A stretch of 64,000 bases of DNA from an uncultured Chloroflexia bacterium (GCA_963721655.1 CAVRKH010000008.1:1026-65025); one strand, 5' to 3'; shown: positions 47,415 through 57,854, counted from the stretch's first letter. Made by a program: numbers and translations. The notes: a model not told the origin generated them from the letters alone.

Positions 47415-47968
47415 CGGGCCACCTCCACGGCGCCCACGGCGGGTCGCTCATCGGCGTCGAGGGCCGCCCGCATCGCCTGCGTCGCCCTGCTGAGACGGGA
47501 TTGCATCGTGCCGAGCGGGATCGCCAGCGCCTCGGCGGACTCGGCCAGCGAGAGGCCGAGGTAGTGGTGGAGGACGATCACGGCCCGCTGCTCTGGCGAC
47601 AGGCGCTGGAAGCCCCGGTCGAGCTGGTCACGCACGGCCACGGCGCGCTGGGCGTCGGGCGTCGTCGGCTCCAGCGTCGCGTCGAGGGCGAGCTCGACGA
47701 CCGCCCGCTGTCGGCCCCGTTTCGCGGCGCGGTAGCAGGCACGGACGAGCAGTCGATGCAGCCAGGCGTCGAACCGGTCCGGGTCACGCAGACCGCGTAC
47801 GTCGAGCCAGGCTTGGAGGAGCGCATCCTGCACGGCATCGGCGGCGTGCTCGTCGTCGCGGAGGATGAGCCGGGCGGCCCCGAAGAGCCGATTGGTCGTG
47901 CCGACGGTCAATGCCGAGAAGGCATCGAGATCTCCCCTCTGCGCCCGAACCACGAGGTCTCGCTGCAT
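47411..47968 (-). CDS. ECF (extracytoplasmic function) sigma-70 factor
   Basis: MQRDLVVRAQRGDLDAF.. AVQDALLQAWLDVRGLRDPDRFDAWLHRLLV.. IPLGTMQSRLSRA. Confidence 0.85.
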   Translation of the reverse strand: MQRDLVVRAQRGDLDAFSALTVGTTNRLFGAARLILRDDEHAADAVQDALLQAWLDVRGLRDPDRFDAWLHRLLVRACYRAAKRGRQRAVVELALDATLEPTTPDAQRAVAVRDQLDRGFQRLSPEQRAVIVLHHYLGLSLAESAEALAIPLGTMQSRLSRATQAMRAALDADERPAVGAVEVAR

Positions 47969-48184
47969 CGGTCAACCTTCGGCGTGGCGGTCGTCTGGCC
48001 GCTCTGTCCAGTCTGGGGCAGGACCGAACTGGTTTGTTCCATCTTCGCGAGTCGCTGGGTGTTCAGCGTGCACTAGGGAGCGCGCCGGACCTACCTCGTC
48101 TGGGCCGTCACGCGACGCCTGCGTACCATGCGAGCGCGTCGGCATGTGACCGCCGTTCCCCCAGGACCGTCCGGGGGCGCCAGT

Positions 48185-48683
48185 TCATGCCTCGGACGTT
48201 GGCTCCGATGTCGACGTGAGCAACTCCCAATCGTCGGGGACCGTCGTCGGGTCGTATACGTCCGGCTCGCGTTGGAGCGCGAGGGCCCGGCGCGCGGCCG
48301 TCGGCAGGGTCGCGAGGTCGGCGGCGCGGCGCAGGTAGTCGGCGAGGATCGCCTCGTCGACGTCGATGGATGGCTCGAAGGTGAAGTAGCGGAACTGCTT
48401 CAGCCGCTCCTCGGCGCCGTGCAGCAGCCGTTCGGGGTCCGCGAGCAACGTGCCGTGCTCGAAGCCGAGGTGGATGTGCTTCCGCTCGGGTCCGATCCAG
48501 GCGAAGTTCCGGACGCGTTTGCCCTCGGGCAGCGAGTAGGCGATCCAGCGCCAGCCGGGGCGGATCGTCTCCGACGGTGCCAGCGACCGTGCGAAAGATC
48601 AGCGATCGGAGCGCCATGCCGGTCTCGCGGATGGCGTCGGGATAGTCGTCGAGCATGAACTCGACGGGCTGCGGCTCTTCCAT
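48185..48683 (-). pseudogene. DUF1801-type protein, one frame change
   Basis: MEEPQPVEFMLDDYPDAIRETGMALRSLIFRTVAGTV is followed in a second frame by ETIRPGWRWIAYSLPEGKRVRNFAWIGPERKHIHLGFEHGTLLADPERLL.. (ORF 48185..48448). Break near 48565-48575. Confidence 0.6.
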
Positions 48684-48755
48684 GGCGGGATCATGCGACC
48701 CGTTGTCGCCGCGTCGTGTCAGGATTGGATGACCCTGAGGAGCGTGAGGAGCGAG

Positions 48756-49133
48756 ATGAAGGTTGACGGCATCACGTGGCACGCGGTCGTGCTCGAGGCT
48801 GAGCCGTTTGCCGCCACCCGCACATTGCTGACGGAGACCATGGGCCTGTCGCCCGTGCTCGAGATGGAAGGGTGGTCGCTGTTCGGCATGCCGAACGGTT
48901 CGATCATCGACCTGTACGCTCCCGAGGCTGCGGAAGGGATATGCCCGTGGGGCCTCAACGACGGCGTCGTCTTCGGCTTCCGGGTGGACGACATCCAGAC
49001 TGCCTCCCAGGAGCTGGAGGCGGCCGGCTGCGAGCTTCTCGGTGACGTCAACTTCATCGAGCAGCTGAACTATTCCTGGCGCCACTTCCGTGGCCCCGAT
49101 GGCCGCGTTTACGGGATCAACCAGCAGCACTGA
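48756..49133 (+). CDS. VOC (glyoxalase/bleomycin resistance/dioxygenase) family protein
   Basis: ATG 48756 in ORF 48693..49133. MKVDGITWHAVVLE.., with a second beta-alpha-beta-beta-beta module. Confidence 0.65.
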   Translation: MKVDGITWHAVVLEAEPFAATRTLLTETMGLSPVLEMEGWSLFGMPNGSIIDLYAPEAAEGICPWGLNDGVVFGFRVDDIQTASQELEAAGCELLGDVNFIEQLNYSWRHFRGPDGRVYGINQQH

Positions 49134-49180
49134 CGGTTCAGCCAGTTCGTCCGATAGGAGCGCATTTCCGGGAGTCGCGC

Positions 49181-49543
49181 ATGAAGGTCGGATACGTCGT
49201 GCTGTACGTGAATGACGCGGAGGCCTGCCGCAGGTTCTGGGTCGAGCAGATCGGCATGGTCGAGAAGCGGCGGTCCGAGGCGGGGACGTTCACGATCGCG
49301 CAGGTCGGGTTCGCCGACCAGCCGTTCGCGTTCGAGCTCGTGCCGCTCGAGCTGATGAAGGACAACCCGGACGGCCTCGACCTCGCGACACCGTCGATCG
49401 CCTTCACCGTCGACGACCTCGAGGCCACGCGCGCCGCCCTCGTCGAACGCGGGGTCCAGGCGACGGACGTGGGCGATCACCAGGGCACGGCGAGCTTCGC
49501 CTTCTCGGATCCCGAGGGCCGCTGGTTCGCGGTGACGCAGTGA
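49181..49543 (+). CDS. VOC (glyoxalase) family protein
   Basis: [26 protein letters not shown].. ..[14 protein letters not shown]. Confidence 0.7.
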   Translation: MKVGYVVLYVNDAEACRRFWVEQIGMVEKRRSEAGTFTIAQVGFADQPFAFELVPLELMKDNPDGLDLATPSIAFTVDDLEATRAALVERGVQATDVGDHQGTASFAFSDPEGRWFAVTQ

Positions 49544-49976
49544 GCACGACGACCGAACACCGGATCTTCTCGATGACCGTGGCCTCGGTCTACCCGCTCT
49601 ACCTCGCGAAGGTGGAGAAGAAGGGCCGCACGCAGGACGAGCTCGACGCCGTGATCCGCTGGCTCACGGGATTCGACGAGCGAGCTCGAGCGGCACCTCG
49701 CCGCCGGCACGACCTTCGCGGACTTCTTCGCGGTGCGCGACTGAACCCGAACGCGGGCTGATCACAGGCGTGATCTGCGGAGTGCGCGTCCAGGAGATCG
49801 AGGACCCGCTCATGCAGCAGATCCGCTACCTCGACAAGCTCGTGGACGAGCTCGCGAAGGGCCGGGCACTGGAGAAGGTGCTCCGCACCTGGAGGCGGTC
49901 AGGCCCGCGCGACGACGCCGTCGCGAACCGGGTGGTCAGCGGGTTCATCGCGTACGGCAGCGGGCGGTCGGGCTGA
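49540..49976 (+). pseudogene. DUF2200-like protein, three frame changes within ~100 nt
   Basis: [39 protein letters not shown] (frame a), [17 protein letters not shown] (frame c), RLNPNAG (frame a), [35 protein letters not shown] (frame b). Confidence 0.55.
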
Positions 49977-51251
49977 GCTTGGCTTCAGGAGCCCGAACTC
50001 CGCTTGTCGCAGCAGCTCGGCGAGGCTCGCCGTGGCCAGCACCAGGGCGAGGTTCCGGCCCGCGCACTGTGCGCCGCCTCGTGAGAAGAGGTTGAGCGAC
50101 CAGTCGGAGTCCCCGGACCCGTCGAGCCAGATCTCCGGCGCCAACCGGTTCGCGTACGGGAACCTTCGCGCGCGATGGAATACGGCTGCGGGGATCAGCA
50201 CGCGAGTTCCGGCGGGCACGGTTGTGCCGTGCCATTCGGTGTCGGTCGTTGTCCGCCGGACGAGCGTCGGCGCCGCCGGCCACAACCGGATGCTCTCCTG
50301 GACGCACGCCCGAACGAAGCGAAGATCCGCCAGTCCGGCGACCGTGCCGCGGCCGTGGGTCGCATCGGCGGCGGCAATCTCCTCGACAGCCTGTGCCCTC
50401 GCCGCGGGATACGTGGCCAGCAGCGCCAACGTATTGGCGACGACGGTCCGCACGGCATCGAGCGCCATGAGCCAGAACGGGACCTGGCCGTTCGGGTGCG
50501 TCTCCTGCGCCTGCGGCGCGCTCGGGAAGAGACTGACAAGCGTGCCGGGCTCGGCGGCGTCGACGTAGCCCCGGATCCGCTCGTCCATCGACGCCCGGAG
50601 CCTTGCATTCCGGCCGCGATTCCACACCTTCAGGCCGAGCCAGTTGCCGTCCTCGCGCAGGCGGCTGTGCTCCTCGCTCAACTCGGTGTCATCGGCCGCC
50701 GCGTCGCCGAGCACGCAGCGGCGGCTGATCCGACGGAAGCCTGCGAGCGATCGCTCGTAGTCCAGGACGCCGGCCGTCGCGAGCATTGCCGTGATCTCCT
50801 GGCCGACGATCGCGAGGAACCGCTCAGCGAACCGATGCGGCTCGTGGCCGTAGTCGAGCACCGCCTCGTTGAACGGGCGGCGCTGGACGCGGAGGGACGG
50901 CGGTGACGCGTTGAGCGCGTCGGGCGCGAACGGTTCGAGCGCGCGCTGCTTCTCGCGGGCGTCCAGCGCGAACACCTCGACGGGCGAGTCGAGGACGCGG
51001 CGAACGTCCTCTGTCGTCAGGATCAGGAGCGTCTCCCCGAGGGCGCCGCGGAGCAGCAGGGAACGGCCGTCATGCCGCCCGGAGAGCCGCTCCACCGTCG
51101 CCACGGCCCACTGCCCGGTGTTCAGGCGGGTGGCGAGCTCGGTCCAGAACGGCTGCGGGATCAGGGCTCCGCGGAGCAGGCTCGGGAGGGCGTAGGTCAG
51201 CGTGAAGCGGGCGTTCTCGAGGAGCGAGGCCCGCGGGAGCCCGGTCGTCAT
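49899..51251 (-). CDS. cytochrome P450
   Basis: ATG 51251 within ORF 49899..52025. ExxR (VQESIRLWP) and heme loop [14 protein letters not shown] are present. Confidence 0.8.
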   Translation of the reverse strand: MTTGLPRASLLENARFTLTYALPSLLRGALIPQPFWTELATRLNTGQWAVATVERLSGRHDGRSLLLRGALGETLLILTTEDVRRVLDSPVEVFALDAREKQRALEPFAPDALNASPPSLRVQRRPFNEAVLDYGHEPHRFAERFLAIVGQEITAMLATAGVLDYERSLAGFRRISRRCVLGDAAADDTELSEEHSRLREDGNWLGLKVWNRGRNARLRASMDERIRGYVDAAEPGTLVSLFPSAPQAQETHPNGQVPFWLMALDAVRTVVANTLALLATYPAARAQAVEEIAAADATHGRGTVAGLADLRFVRACVQESIRLWPAAPTLVRRTTTDTEWHGTTVPAGTRVLIPAAVFHRARRFPYANRLAPEIWLDGSGDSDWSLNLFSRGGAQCAGRNLALVLATASLAELLRQAEFGLLKPSSARPPAAVRDEPADHPVRDGVVARA

Positions 51252-52096
51252 CCCGCCACGTCGCTGAGCTCGCCGGGCGCCGGTTGATCGGTCGGCCGAC
51301 GCCGATCCTGGAGCACGTGGAACGCGGCCATGACGCCGGTCCCGACCGCCAGCGCCACGGCGAACCCGATCGGCGTCCCCCGTCCCGGCAGGAACTCGTC
51401 GCGGTAGAGGACCGTGACCACGAGCAGGGCGACGCCGTTGAGGATGAACAGCCTGGCCGCGGTCCGGATCTCGTCCCAGTCCTGCGCGAAGGCCATCGTC
51501 CCGCACCACACCGACCAGCCGAGGAACCACGCCGAGACCATCCGCGCGTCGAGCGGATTGAGCTCCCAGGCCCAGCGGGTCGCCGCAAACTCCGGGTTGA
51601 GGAGGAGGAGGAGGCCGTTCATCAGGAGCAGGCCGGTGACGAGGACGAGAAACCGCTTGAACCAGATGTCGATCGGACCACCGGAGATCGGTGCCGGCGC
51701 CGAGAACGTGCCCCGCGGGATGAGGTAGATCATGACGACGGGCTCGAAGATGTAGAGGACGATCCAGATGTGGGCGAGCGGCGTCTCGAACGGGTTCCAG
51801 TGGAACTCCTCTGCGTGCCAGTACGTGGCGAACAGGAGGACCCCGGTGAACACGAGGTTGCCCCACACGATCCAGCGAAGCCGCAGCCAGCTCCGCTCGA
51901 ACGCCGCGTTGAGGAAGAAGAACGTCCGGAACACGTAGCCGGCGCCGATGAACACCTGCGCGAAGCGCGGCTCGATGTCCCAGGCGAAGTAGGGCGGGAC
52001 GAACTGCGGGAAGAAGAGGAACCACACCGCGAACCAGGCCGCAGCGGCGGCACCGAGCAGACCCCAGCCGAGGCGTGCCGGTTGTGCCACGTCCAT
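51248..52096 (-). CDS. aromatic-rich polytopic membrane protein, function unknown, translationally coupled to the P450
   Basis: ORF 51248..52096. Its stop TGA overlaps the P450 ATG (ATGA). About 7-8 hydrophobic segments rich in W/F/Y. Confidence 0.6.
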   Translation of the reverse strand: MDVAQPARLGWGLLGAAAAAWFAVWFLFFPQFVPPYFAWDIEPRFAQVFIGAGYVFRTFFFLNAAFERSWLRLRWIVWGNLVFTGVLLFATYWHAEEFHWNPFETPLAHIWIVLYIFEPVVMIYLIPRGTFSAPAPISGGPIDIWFKRFLVLVTGLLLMNGLLLLLNPEFAATRWAWELNPLDARMVSAWFLGWSVWCGTMAFAQDWDEIRTAARLFILNGVALLVVTVLYRDEFLPGRGTPIGFAVALAVGTGVMAAFHVLQDRRRPTDQPAPGELSDVAG

Positions 52097-52206
52097 CGCT
52101 CCCCCTCCTCGCCGGACCGCGGAGCCGCGCGCTCGGCGACAGATTACGCCTCGGCGCCGGCGAAATCTCAGAACACGCCTTGCAAAACTGATCGGACTGG
52201 GTTAAC

Positions 52207-52226
52207 GTACAACCAGATGGTTGTAC
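52207..52226. promoter_or_regulatory. perfect 9-2-9 palindrome overlapping the ArsR start codon (candidate operator)
   Basis: GTACAACCA-GA-TGGTTGTAC. The ATG at 52217-52219 lies inside it. Confidence 0.5.
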
Positions 52227-52558
52227 TTCAAGCAGAGAGCGACGAGACGCTCAACCAGCTGTTCCGTGCCCTGGCCGATGGCACGCGACGCGACATCCTG
52301 GCGCGGTCGCTCACGGAAACGCCGTCGGTGTCGGCTCTCGCCGCGCGCTACGAGATGAGCTTCGCCGCGGTGCAGAAGCACGTCGCCGTGCTCGAGCGCG
52401 CGGGTCTCATTCAGAAGCGTGCAAACGGCCGCGAGCAACTGGTCTCCACCAACCATGCGCGGCTCCAGCGCGCCGGCGAGCTCCTCGACGAGTTCGAATC
52501 GATCTGGCGTCAGCGACTGGCGCAGCTCGACGATGTTCTGCTACCGAAAGGAACGTGA
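52217..52558 (+). CDS. ArsR/SmtB family transcriptional regulator
   Basis: ..LFRALADGTRRDILARSL..SVSALAARYEMSFAAVQKHVAVLERAGLI.. (winged HTH). Confidence 0.8.
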   Translation: MVVLQAESDETLNQLFRALADGTRRDILARSLTETPSVSALAARYEMSFAAVQKHVAVLERAGLIQKRANGREQLVSTNHARLQRAGELLDEFESIWRQRLAQLDDVLLPKGT

Positions 52559-53055
52559 TCATGCCGCTCACTTCGGTCACCAAGGATCCCGCGACGCTCA
52601 GCCTCACCGTCGTCGGCGACTATCCGGTTCCGCAAGAGCGCCTGTGGGAGGCCTTCGCCGACCCGCGCCAGCTCGAGCGCTTCTGGGGACCACCGTTCGC
52701 GCCTGCCACGTTCACGCGCCATGACTTCACGGTTGGCGGTCGCGCCGAGTACTTCCTGACCGGGCCGGCAGGGGAGCGGTGGAGCGGCTCCTGGAAATTC
52801 ACGGCGGTGAATCCAACGACCTACTTCGAAGCGCTGGACGGCGACGACAACGTCGATGACGAGAACATGCCGGCGGCGATGCGGTTCGCCTTCGAAGCCA
52901 CGCCGACGGGATCGCGCTTCACGTGCGTCACGACATTCTCGAGCGTCGAGGCCATGGAGCAGACGATCCCGGGGATGGAGGAAGGGCTGCGGGCGGCTCT
53001 GCCGCAGCTCGACGCCTTGCTTGCGGAACCGAATCTCGTGGGGAATCGAACATGA
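52555..53055 (+). CDS. SRPBCC/AHSA1 (activator of Hsp90 ATPase homolog 1-like) family protein
   Basis: GTG overlaps the ArsR stop. ..ERLWEAFADPRQLERFWGP.. is typical of the ArsR-linked AHSA1 family. Confidence 0.7.
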   Translation: MIMPLTSVTKDPATLSLTVVGDYPVPQERLWEAFADPRQLERFWGPPFAPATFTRHDFTVGGRAEYFLTGPAGERWSGSWKFTAVNPTTYFEALDGDDNVDDENMPAAMRFAFEATPTGSRFTCVTTFSSVEAMEQTIPGMEEGLRAALPQLDALLAEPNLVGNRT

Positions 53056-53561
53056 CGTCGCCTGACAACGGAAAGCGGCAAGCACGCAAAGCCACCAAGC
53101 AAACGGCCGCGCAAGGCAACGTCCTCACGACGCTGCCGGCCGCCATGACTGGCAGGGCAAGCCCCGCGAAGGCCGCCGTCGGCGACAAGCCGGTCTTTGC
53201 CTACATCAGCAGCCTGCCGCAGCCGCAGCGCTCCATCGCCGAACGCGTCGACGCCCTGGCGGCCGAGACGCTGCCGGACCTGCAGCGCAGCGTGAAGTGG
53301 GGCATGGCGTTCTATGGCGTCGGCGACGGCTGGTGCTTCTCGTGCGGCGGCTTCGCCGGCCACGTCAAGCTCACGTTCGGGCGCGGCACGTCGCTCACGC
53401 CCGTACCGCCAGTTACGCCGATCGGGATGGGCAAGGACTCGCGCGGCGTGGACCTCGAATCAGTGGACGACCTCGACGAACGCCAAGTCGCGTCGTGGAT
53501 GAAGCAGGCCACGGCCATCCCCGGTTTCGGGAAGACGATGAGCCACGCAACGGCCGACTGA
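53052..53561 (+). CDS. DUF1801 (YdhG-like) domain protein
   Basis: ATG 53052 overlaps the previous stop. ..QRSVKWGMAFYGVGDGWCFSCGGFAGHVKLTF.. Confidence 0.65.
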   Translation: MTSPDNGKRQARKATKQTAAQGNVLTTLPAAMTGRASPAKAAVGDKPVFAYISSLPQPQRSIAERVDALAAETLPDLQRSVKWGMAFYGVGDGWCFSCGGFAGHVKLTFGRGTSLTPVPPVTPIGMGKDSRGVDLESVDDLDERQVASWMKQATAIPGFGKTMSHATAD

Positions 53562-53768
53562 CCAGTGAGGACGCTCAAGATCATCGAGCACATCTCGCTA
53601 AGGTCGCCGGGCCTTTGAAGACCGGATAGATCGCGAGCCGACGTGACCACGAGCGCGACCTTCCCCTGCGCGGCCTCGGGGCCCCTCCAGGTTGAGCTCC
53701 TTATCCGTGCCGGGCGGCACGTCCCATCGCCGCGCGCATTCCCGCGCGTCCTGGCGGAAAGGAGCATT

Positions 53769-54260
53769 TTGAGAGTTCCCACCACGCACGGCCTCCGGGC
53801 CATCGCGATCGCGACCCTCGTCGTGATCGGCGGCCTGGCCGCCGCTTCCCCGGCCTCCGCCGCGACGGACGTCCCGAACACGGGCGCCCGTGTCGCCCGG
53901 ATCGCGCTCAACCAGCGCGGAGACCAGTACGCCCTTGGCGGCATTGGTCCGAGCAGGTTCGACTGCTCAGGCCTCGTGCTGTACGCCTACCGCAAGGCCG
54001 GCGTCGGTAGCCGGATCGGCGGTGGCCACTCGGCCCGCGGCATGTATCTCTGGGGTAAGAGCCACGGTCTCACCTCCCGCTCGCATCCGCGCGTCGGCGA
54101 CGTCGTGATCTACGGGCGGGGCTCGCACGCCGGGATCTACATCGGGAATGGCCGGGTCGTCCACGCCCTCAACCGGCGAGTCGACATCGTCGTTACGAGC
54201 CTGCACGGCATCACGACGCCGTTCACCACGTTCATCCACACGCGCATCCCGCACGGCTGA
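53769..54260 (+). CDS. NlpC/P60 family peptidoglycan endopeptidase (secreted)
   Basis: Probable TTG 53769 after AAGGAG, in ORF 53643..54260. Signal peptide present. The catalytic region is RFDCSGLVLYAY.. GDVVIYGRGSHAGIYIGNGRVVHA. Confidence 0.75.
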   Translation: MRVPTTHGLRAIAIATLVVIGGLAAASPASAATDVPNTGARVARIALNQRGDQYALGGIGPSRFDCSGLVLYAYRKAGVGSRIGGGHSARGMYLWGKSHGLTSRSHPRVGDVVIYGRGSHAGIYIGNGRVVHALNRRVDIVVTSLHGITTPFTTFIHTRIPHG

Positions 54261-54330
54261 ACACGGGCCGCGGTCGCTGCGAGCGCGCCGGTTTATGCGC
54301 TCGCAACGGTCCGCCCGTCAGGGTTCGACG

Positions 54331-54934
54331 ATGGATATCAAAGAGACGTTCATCGCCGCGAACAGCGCCCTGACCGATCTGGTCCTGCGCGTGCGGCCGG
54401 AACACCTGGCCCTCGAGGTGCCGGCCTACGCCCGCTTCCATGACGGTCAGACGCTGCGCACCTCGTTGAACATCATGGCCTACGAGAACCAGTGCGTTCC
54501 CAGGGTCCTCGAGGGCGAGACGGGACTCGTGACGAACCCGGACTTCGACGGCGATCTTCTCGGCGACGATGTGGCGGGCAACTACGAGCGCCTCGCTACC
54601 GAGGCAAACGCATCCGTCCGCGCCCACGCCGACCTCGATCGGATCGTCCACATGTCATACGCCGACGTCCCTGCGAGCGGCTACCTGTCCGATATCTCGC
54701 TCAACCGAACCATGGCCCTCTACGACGCCGCGGCATTGACCGGCCTGGAGCCACACCTCACCGACGAGGTGATCGCGAGCTGTCCACGCGATCGCGTCGC
54801 AAAACGGCGAACTCCTGCGGAAGATGGGGATCTTCCCGCCCGAGATCGCCGTTTCGGGCGACGCCGCCCCGGAGGATCGCTTCCTGGCCTACATCGGCCG
54901 ACAGCCCAGGGACAGGTCCGCGGCCGTCAGCTGA
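54331..54934 (+). pseudogene. DinB/TIGR03086-like metal-binding protein, frame change near the C-terminus
   Basis: ATG 54331 in ORF 54148..55218. The plausible end NGELLRKMGIFPPEIAVSGDAAPEDRFLAYIGRQPRD..* is in another frame. Break near 54780-54810. Confidence 0.5.
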
Positions 54935-54952
54935 TCCGTCCTGAGCGAGTGC

Positions 54953-55765
54953 TCAGATGCCGGCCGCGTTCTGATCGAGGATGCCTTGCGCGGCATCTGC
55001 CCCTGCCTTCGTCGGCCGGCCCCGAAGGATCCACTCGAACCCGACCGCGATCAGCGCACCGACGATCGGGCCAACGAGGTAGACCCAGTAGTGCGTCAGG
55101 TCGCCACCGACGAGCATCGGTCCAAGCGAGCGAGCCGGGTTCATCGATGCGCCGGACACCGGCGCGCCCCACACGGACACGAGGCCGATGTACGCGCCGA
55201 TGGCGAGCGCCCCGTTGAACCCCACGTTGCGCGGCGCCGGCGGCCGTGCCGAGGACCACGCTGACGAGACAGAGCGTGAGCACGGCCTCGGTGAGGACCG
55301 CCGTCCCATCCGACACGCCCTGACCGGGCTCGGTGGCACCGTTGAGGATGCCGCCGTAGGCCAGCTGCAGGAAGACCGAGGCCAGGATCGCTCCGAGGAC
55401 CTCGGCCACGATGTAGCCAGGTACCCGCCGCCACGGGAAGTTGCCCGGACCGCGAAGGCCAGCGTGACCGCTGGGTTGAGGTGCGCCCCCGAGATCGTCC
55501 CCATGAAGAAGATGATCCCCATCACCATCATGCCCGGGGCCAGCGCCTTCATGGCCAGGGTCAGGTCGCCGCCGATGGGCAGGGCGCCGATCACGCCGCC
55601 GCCGGCGGCGACGAGCACGAGCAGGAACGTGCCCCACACCTCGGCGAACAGGCGCTTGAACTCGAGGCTGGAGTCGTCGAAATCGACTTCGCTCTTGCGC
55701 ACCGACTCGGATCGGCGAGCGAGCCAGGCCAGGATCGGCTCACCGGTTTGCGTCGCGACGGTCAT
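54953..55765 (-). pseudogene. MIP-family channel (aquaporin/GlpF-like), two frame changes
   Basis: Both NPA boxes (HLNPAVTLA, SMNPARSLGP) are in ORF 54953..55837. The middle helices (NFPWRRVPGYIVAEVLGAILASVFLQLAYGG..LTLCLVSVVLGTAAGA) are in ORF 54927..55637. Breaks near 55440 and 55240. Confidence 0.7.
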
Positions 55766-55880
55766 CGTGTCCCTCCCTTTGCGATGCCGCTCGGCACACC
55801 CGTCCGCCATCGGACGCTCAGTGTGACAAAACGGCAACCGGCCAAACGCACGGACTCGGCGCGACGCGTAGCCTAGGGAG

Positions 55881-57249
55881 GTGAAGAGCGACTGGCCGGC
55901 GGGTCATCTGCCATCCCGAGAGGAGCGCACCGCGGCGGGGGCGAAGACCCGGATCAGTTCGCCGCCGGCTTCCCTCGGAACGTGGTCGCCGAATCCCGAT
56001 CGCGTCGACCCGATCGAGCTGCTCGAGAGCCAGGCGACCACGCGCCTGCAGGATCTCGTGCCGGTCCGCTATGGCCGGATGTCGATCTCGCCGTTCACCT
56101 TCTACCGAGGTGCGGCCTTGCCGATGGCATCGGATCTCTCTGCGGCAGGACCGAATTCCGGTATCACGGTCCAGCTCTGCGGCGACGCACATCTGTCGAA
56201 TTTCGGATTGTTCGCTTCGCCCGAGCGCGACCTTGCTCTTCGACATCAATGACTTCGACGAAACCATCCCCGGGCCATTCGAATTCGACCTCAAGCGTCT
56301 CGCGGCGAGCCTCGTGGTCGCCGGTCGAGAGCTCGGCCTGAGCGCCCACGATGCGCGGCACACGGTCCACCGTGCCATGCGCTCATACCGCGATCGCATG
56401 GCGGGCTACGCGACGATGCGCGCCATCGATGTCTACTACGCGCGCGTCGATGCCAGCGGGGTCCTCGCCTACGCAAACAAGGCTGCGCGCGGGATGATCA
56501 AGAGGACGGTCAAGGCGACCGCCCATCACGACTCCGTCCACGAACTGCCCAAGCTCACCTCGCTCGTGGACGGCAAGCGCCGCATCGTGGAGCATCCACC
56601 GACGCTCATCAAACTCCGCGACATGACCCAACCACTGGCCAATTCGGCTCTGCGGGCATACCGCGAGACGCTGCAGGAGGACCGGCGTGTCCTCATTGAC
56701 CGGTATCGCCTGGCGGATTACGCGCTCAAGGTCGTGGGCGTCGGCAGCGTCGGGCTCAGCGCCTTCGTCGGCCTGATGACCGGTGGCTCGGACGACGATC
56801 CGCTGTTCCTCCAGGCCAAGCAAGCGGAGGCGTCGGTGTACGAGCGATATCTCGGACCGAGCGAACACGCGAGCCATGGCGAGCGGGTCGTGACAGGTCA
56901 GCGTCGCCTCCAGGCAGCAGGCGACATCCTTCTCGGCTGGACGGTCGGTGAACGAGGTCAACACGTCTACATTCGGCAGCTCCAGGACCAGAAGGGCAGC
57001 GCGGTCATCGACACGATGACGGCGGAGGACCTCGCGACATGGGGCGAACTCTGCGCATGGGCCCTCGCCCGCGGTCATGCCCGGTCGGGCGACCCTGCCA
57101 CGATCGCCGGCTACCTCGGGACCGACAAAGAGTTCGAGCATGCGATGGCGACGTTCGCCGAGGCCTACGCGGACCAGAACGAGCAGGACCACGCGGCGTT
57201 GCTGGCGGCCATCAAGAGCGGTCGGATCTCGGCCGTGCAGGGGGTCTGA
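55881..57249 (+). pseudogene. DUF2252 family protein, one frame change
   Basis: ORF 55881..56252 (..FYRGAALPMASDL..CGDAHLSNFGLFASPER) joins ORF 56071..57249 (LLFDINDFDETIPGPFEFDLKRLA..). Break near 56229-56232. Confidence 0.7.
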
Positions 57250-57368
57250 ATCCTGGCCGGCTGCGGATAGCGCCACACGCGCCGACGCGGCAGACCCGTG
57301 GCCTGCCGCGTCGATCGATGTGATACGCGCTCCGTCGCTGGGTCGATCCGGACGACCCGACCGATCGG

Positions 57369-57706
57369 CTACCGAAGGTCGAAGCGACCCCGCTGCTGGG
57401 TGAACGACGGAGCGCCGATCGTCAGGTTGGCCCCGAAACCGTCGCGTGCCACCGTCGAGTCGTGCGGCTGCGCGACGCTGAGCGGCCGGCTGTAGCGGAA
57501 ACTGTCTCGCGCATCGGGCGCCAAGCCGTGCGACAGCGTGTGGTGACCGCCGCCGGCTGTGCGGTCGCGGCGCCGATCCCTGCGGAAGCCGCAGCGCCGA
57601 TCAGGCCGCCCGCCAGGAGCGTGGCCGCCAGCAGCGCACCGAGGCCGGCGCGCGGGAGCGAGACCTGGCTCTTCTCCAACTTCTGTGTCGTCATCCCTGC
57701 CGTCAT
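57369..57706 (-). pseudogene. small secreted protein, one possible frame change
   Basis: A signal-like N-part is in ORF 57422..57706. A plausible mature part (HTLSHGLAPDARDSFRYSRPLSVAQPHDSTVARDGFGANLTIGAPSF..) is in ORF 57369..57785. Confidence 0.35.
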
Positions 57707-57854
57707 GGTTCCCCTGCCTCCATTTCGTCTTGTTGTGCCGACCGTCTTGGCGGTGGCTCCGATGACACGACATTGACGGGGGCACGGGCAGGCAGCATCG
57801 GTCGGACGCCTTATAGGCCCAACAAAGTTTGCCTAGGCGGAACGACCCAATTCC

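Noticed and set aside
53575-53768. ydaO/c-di-AMP riboswitch in the ~200-nt leader of the NlpC/P60 gene.
   Set aside because: The context is suggestive, and there are weak resemblances (UCGCUAAGGUC; CCGACGUGACCACGAGCG vs CCGNCAGCUAACCUCGUAAGCG). The conserved GGGGNACCC and GGGGUGAAUC cores are missing and the candidate is too short. It needs an Rfam cmscan before any call.
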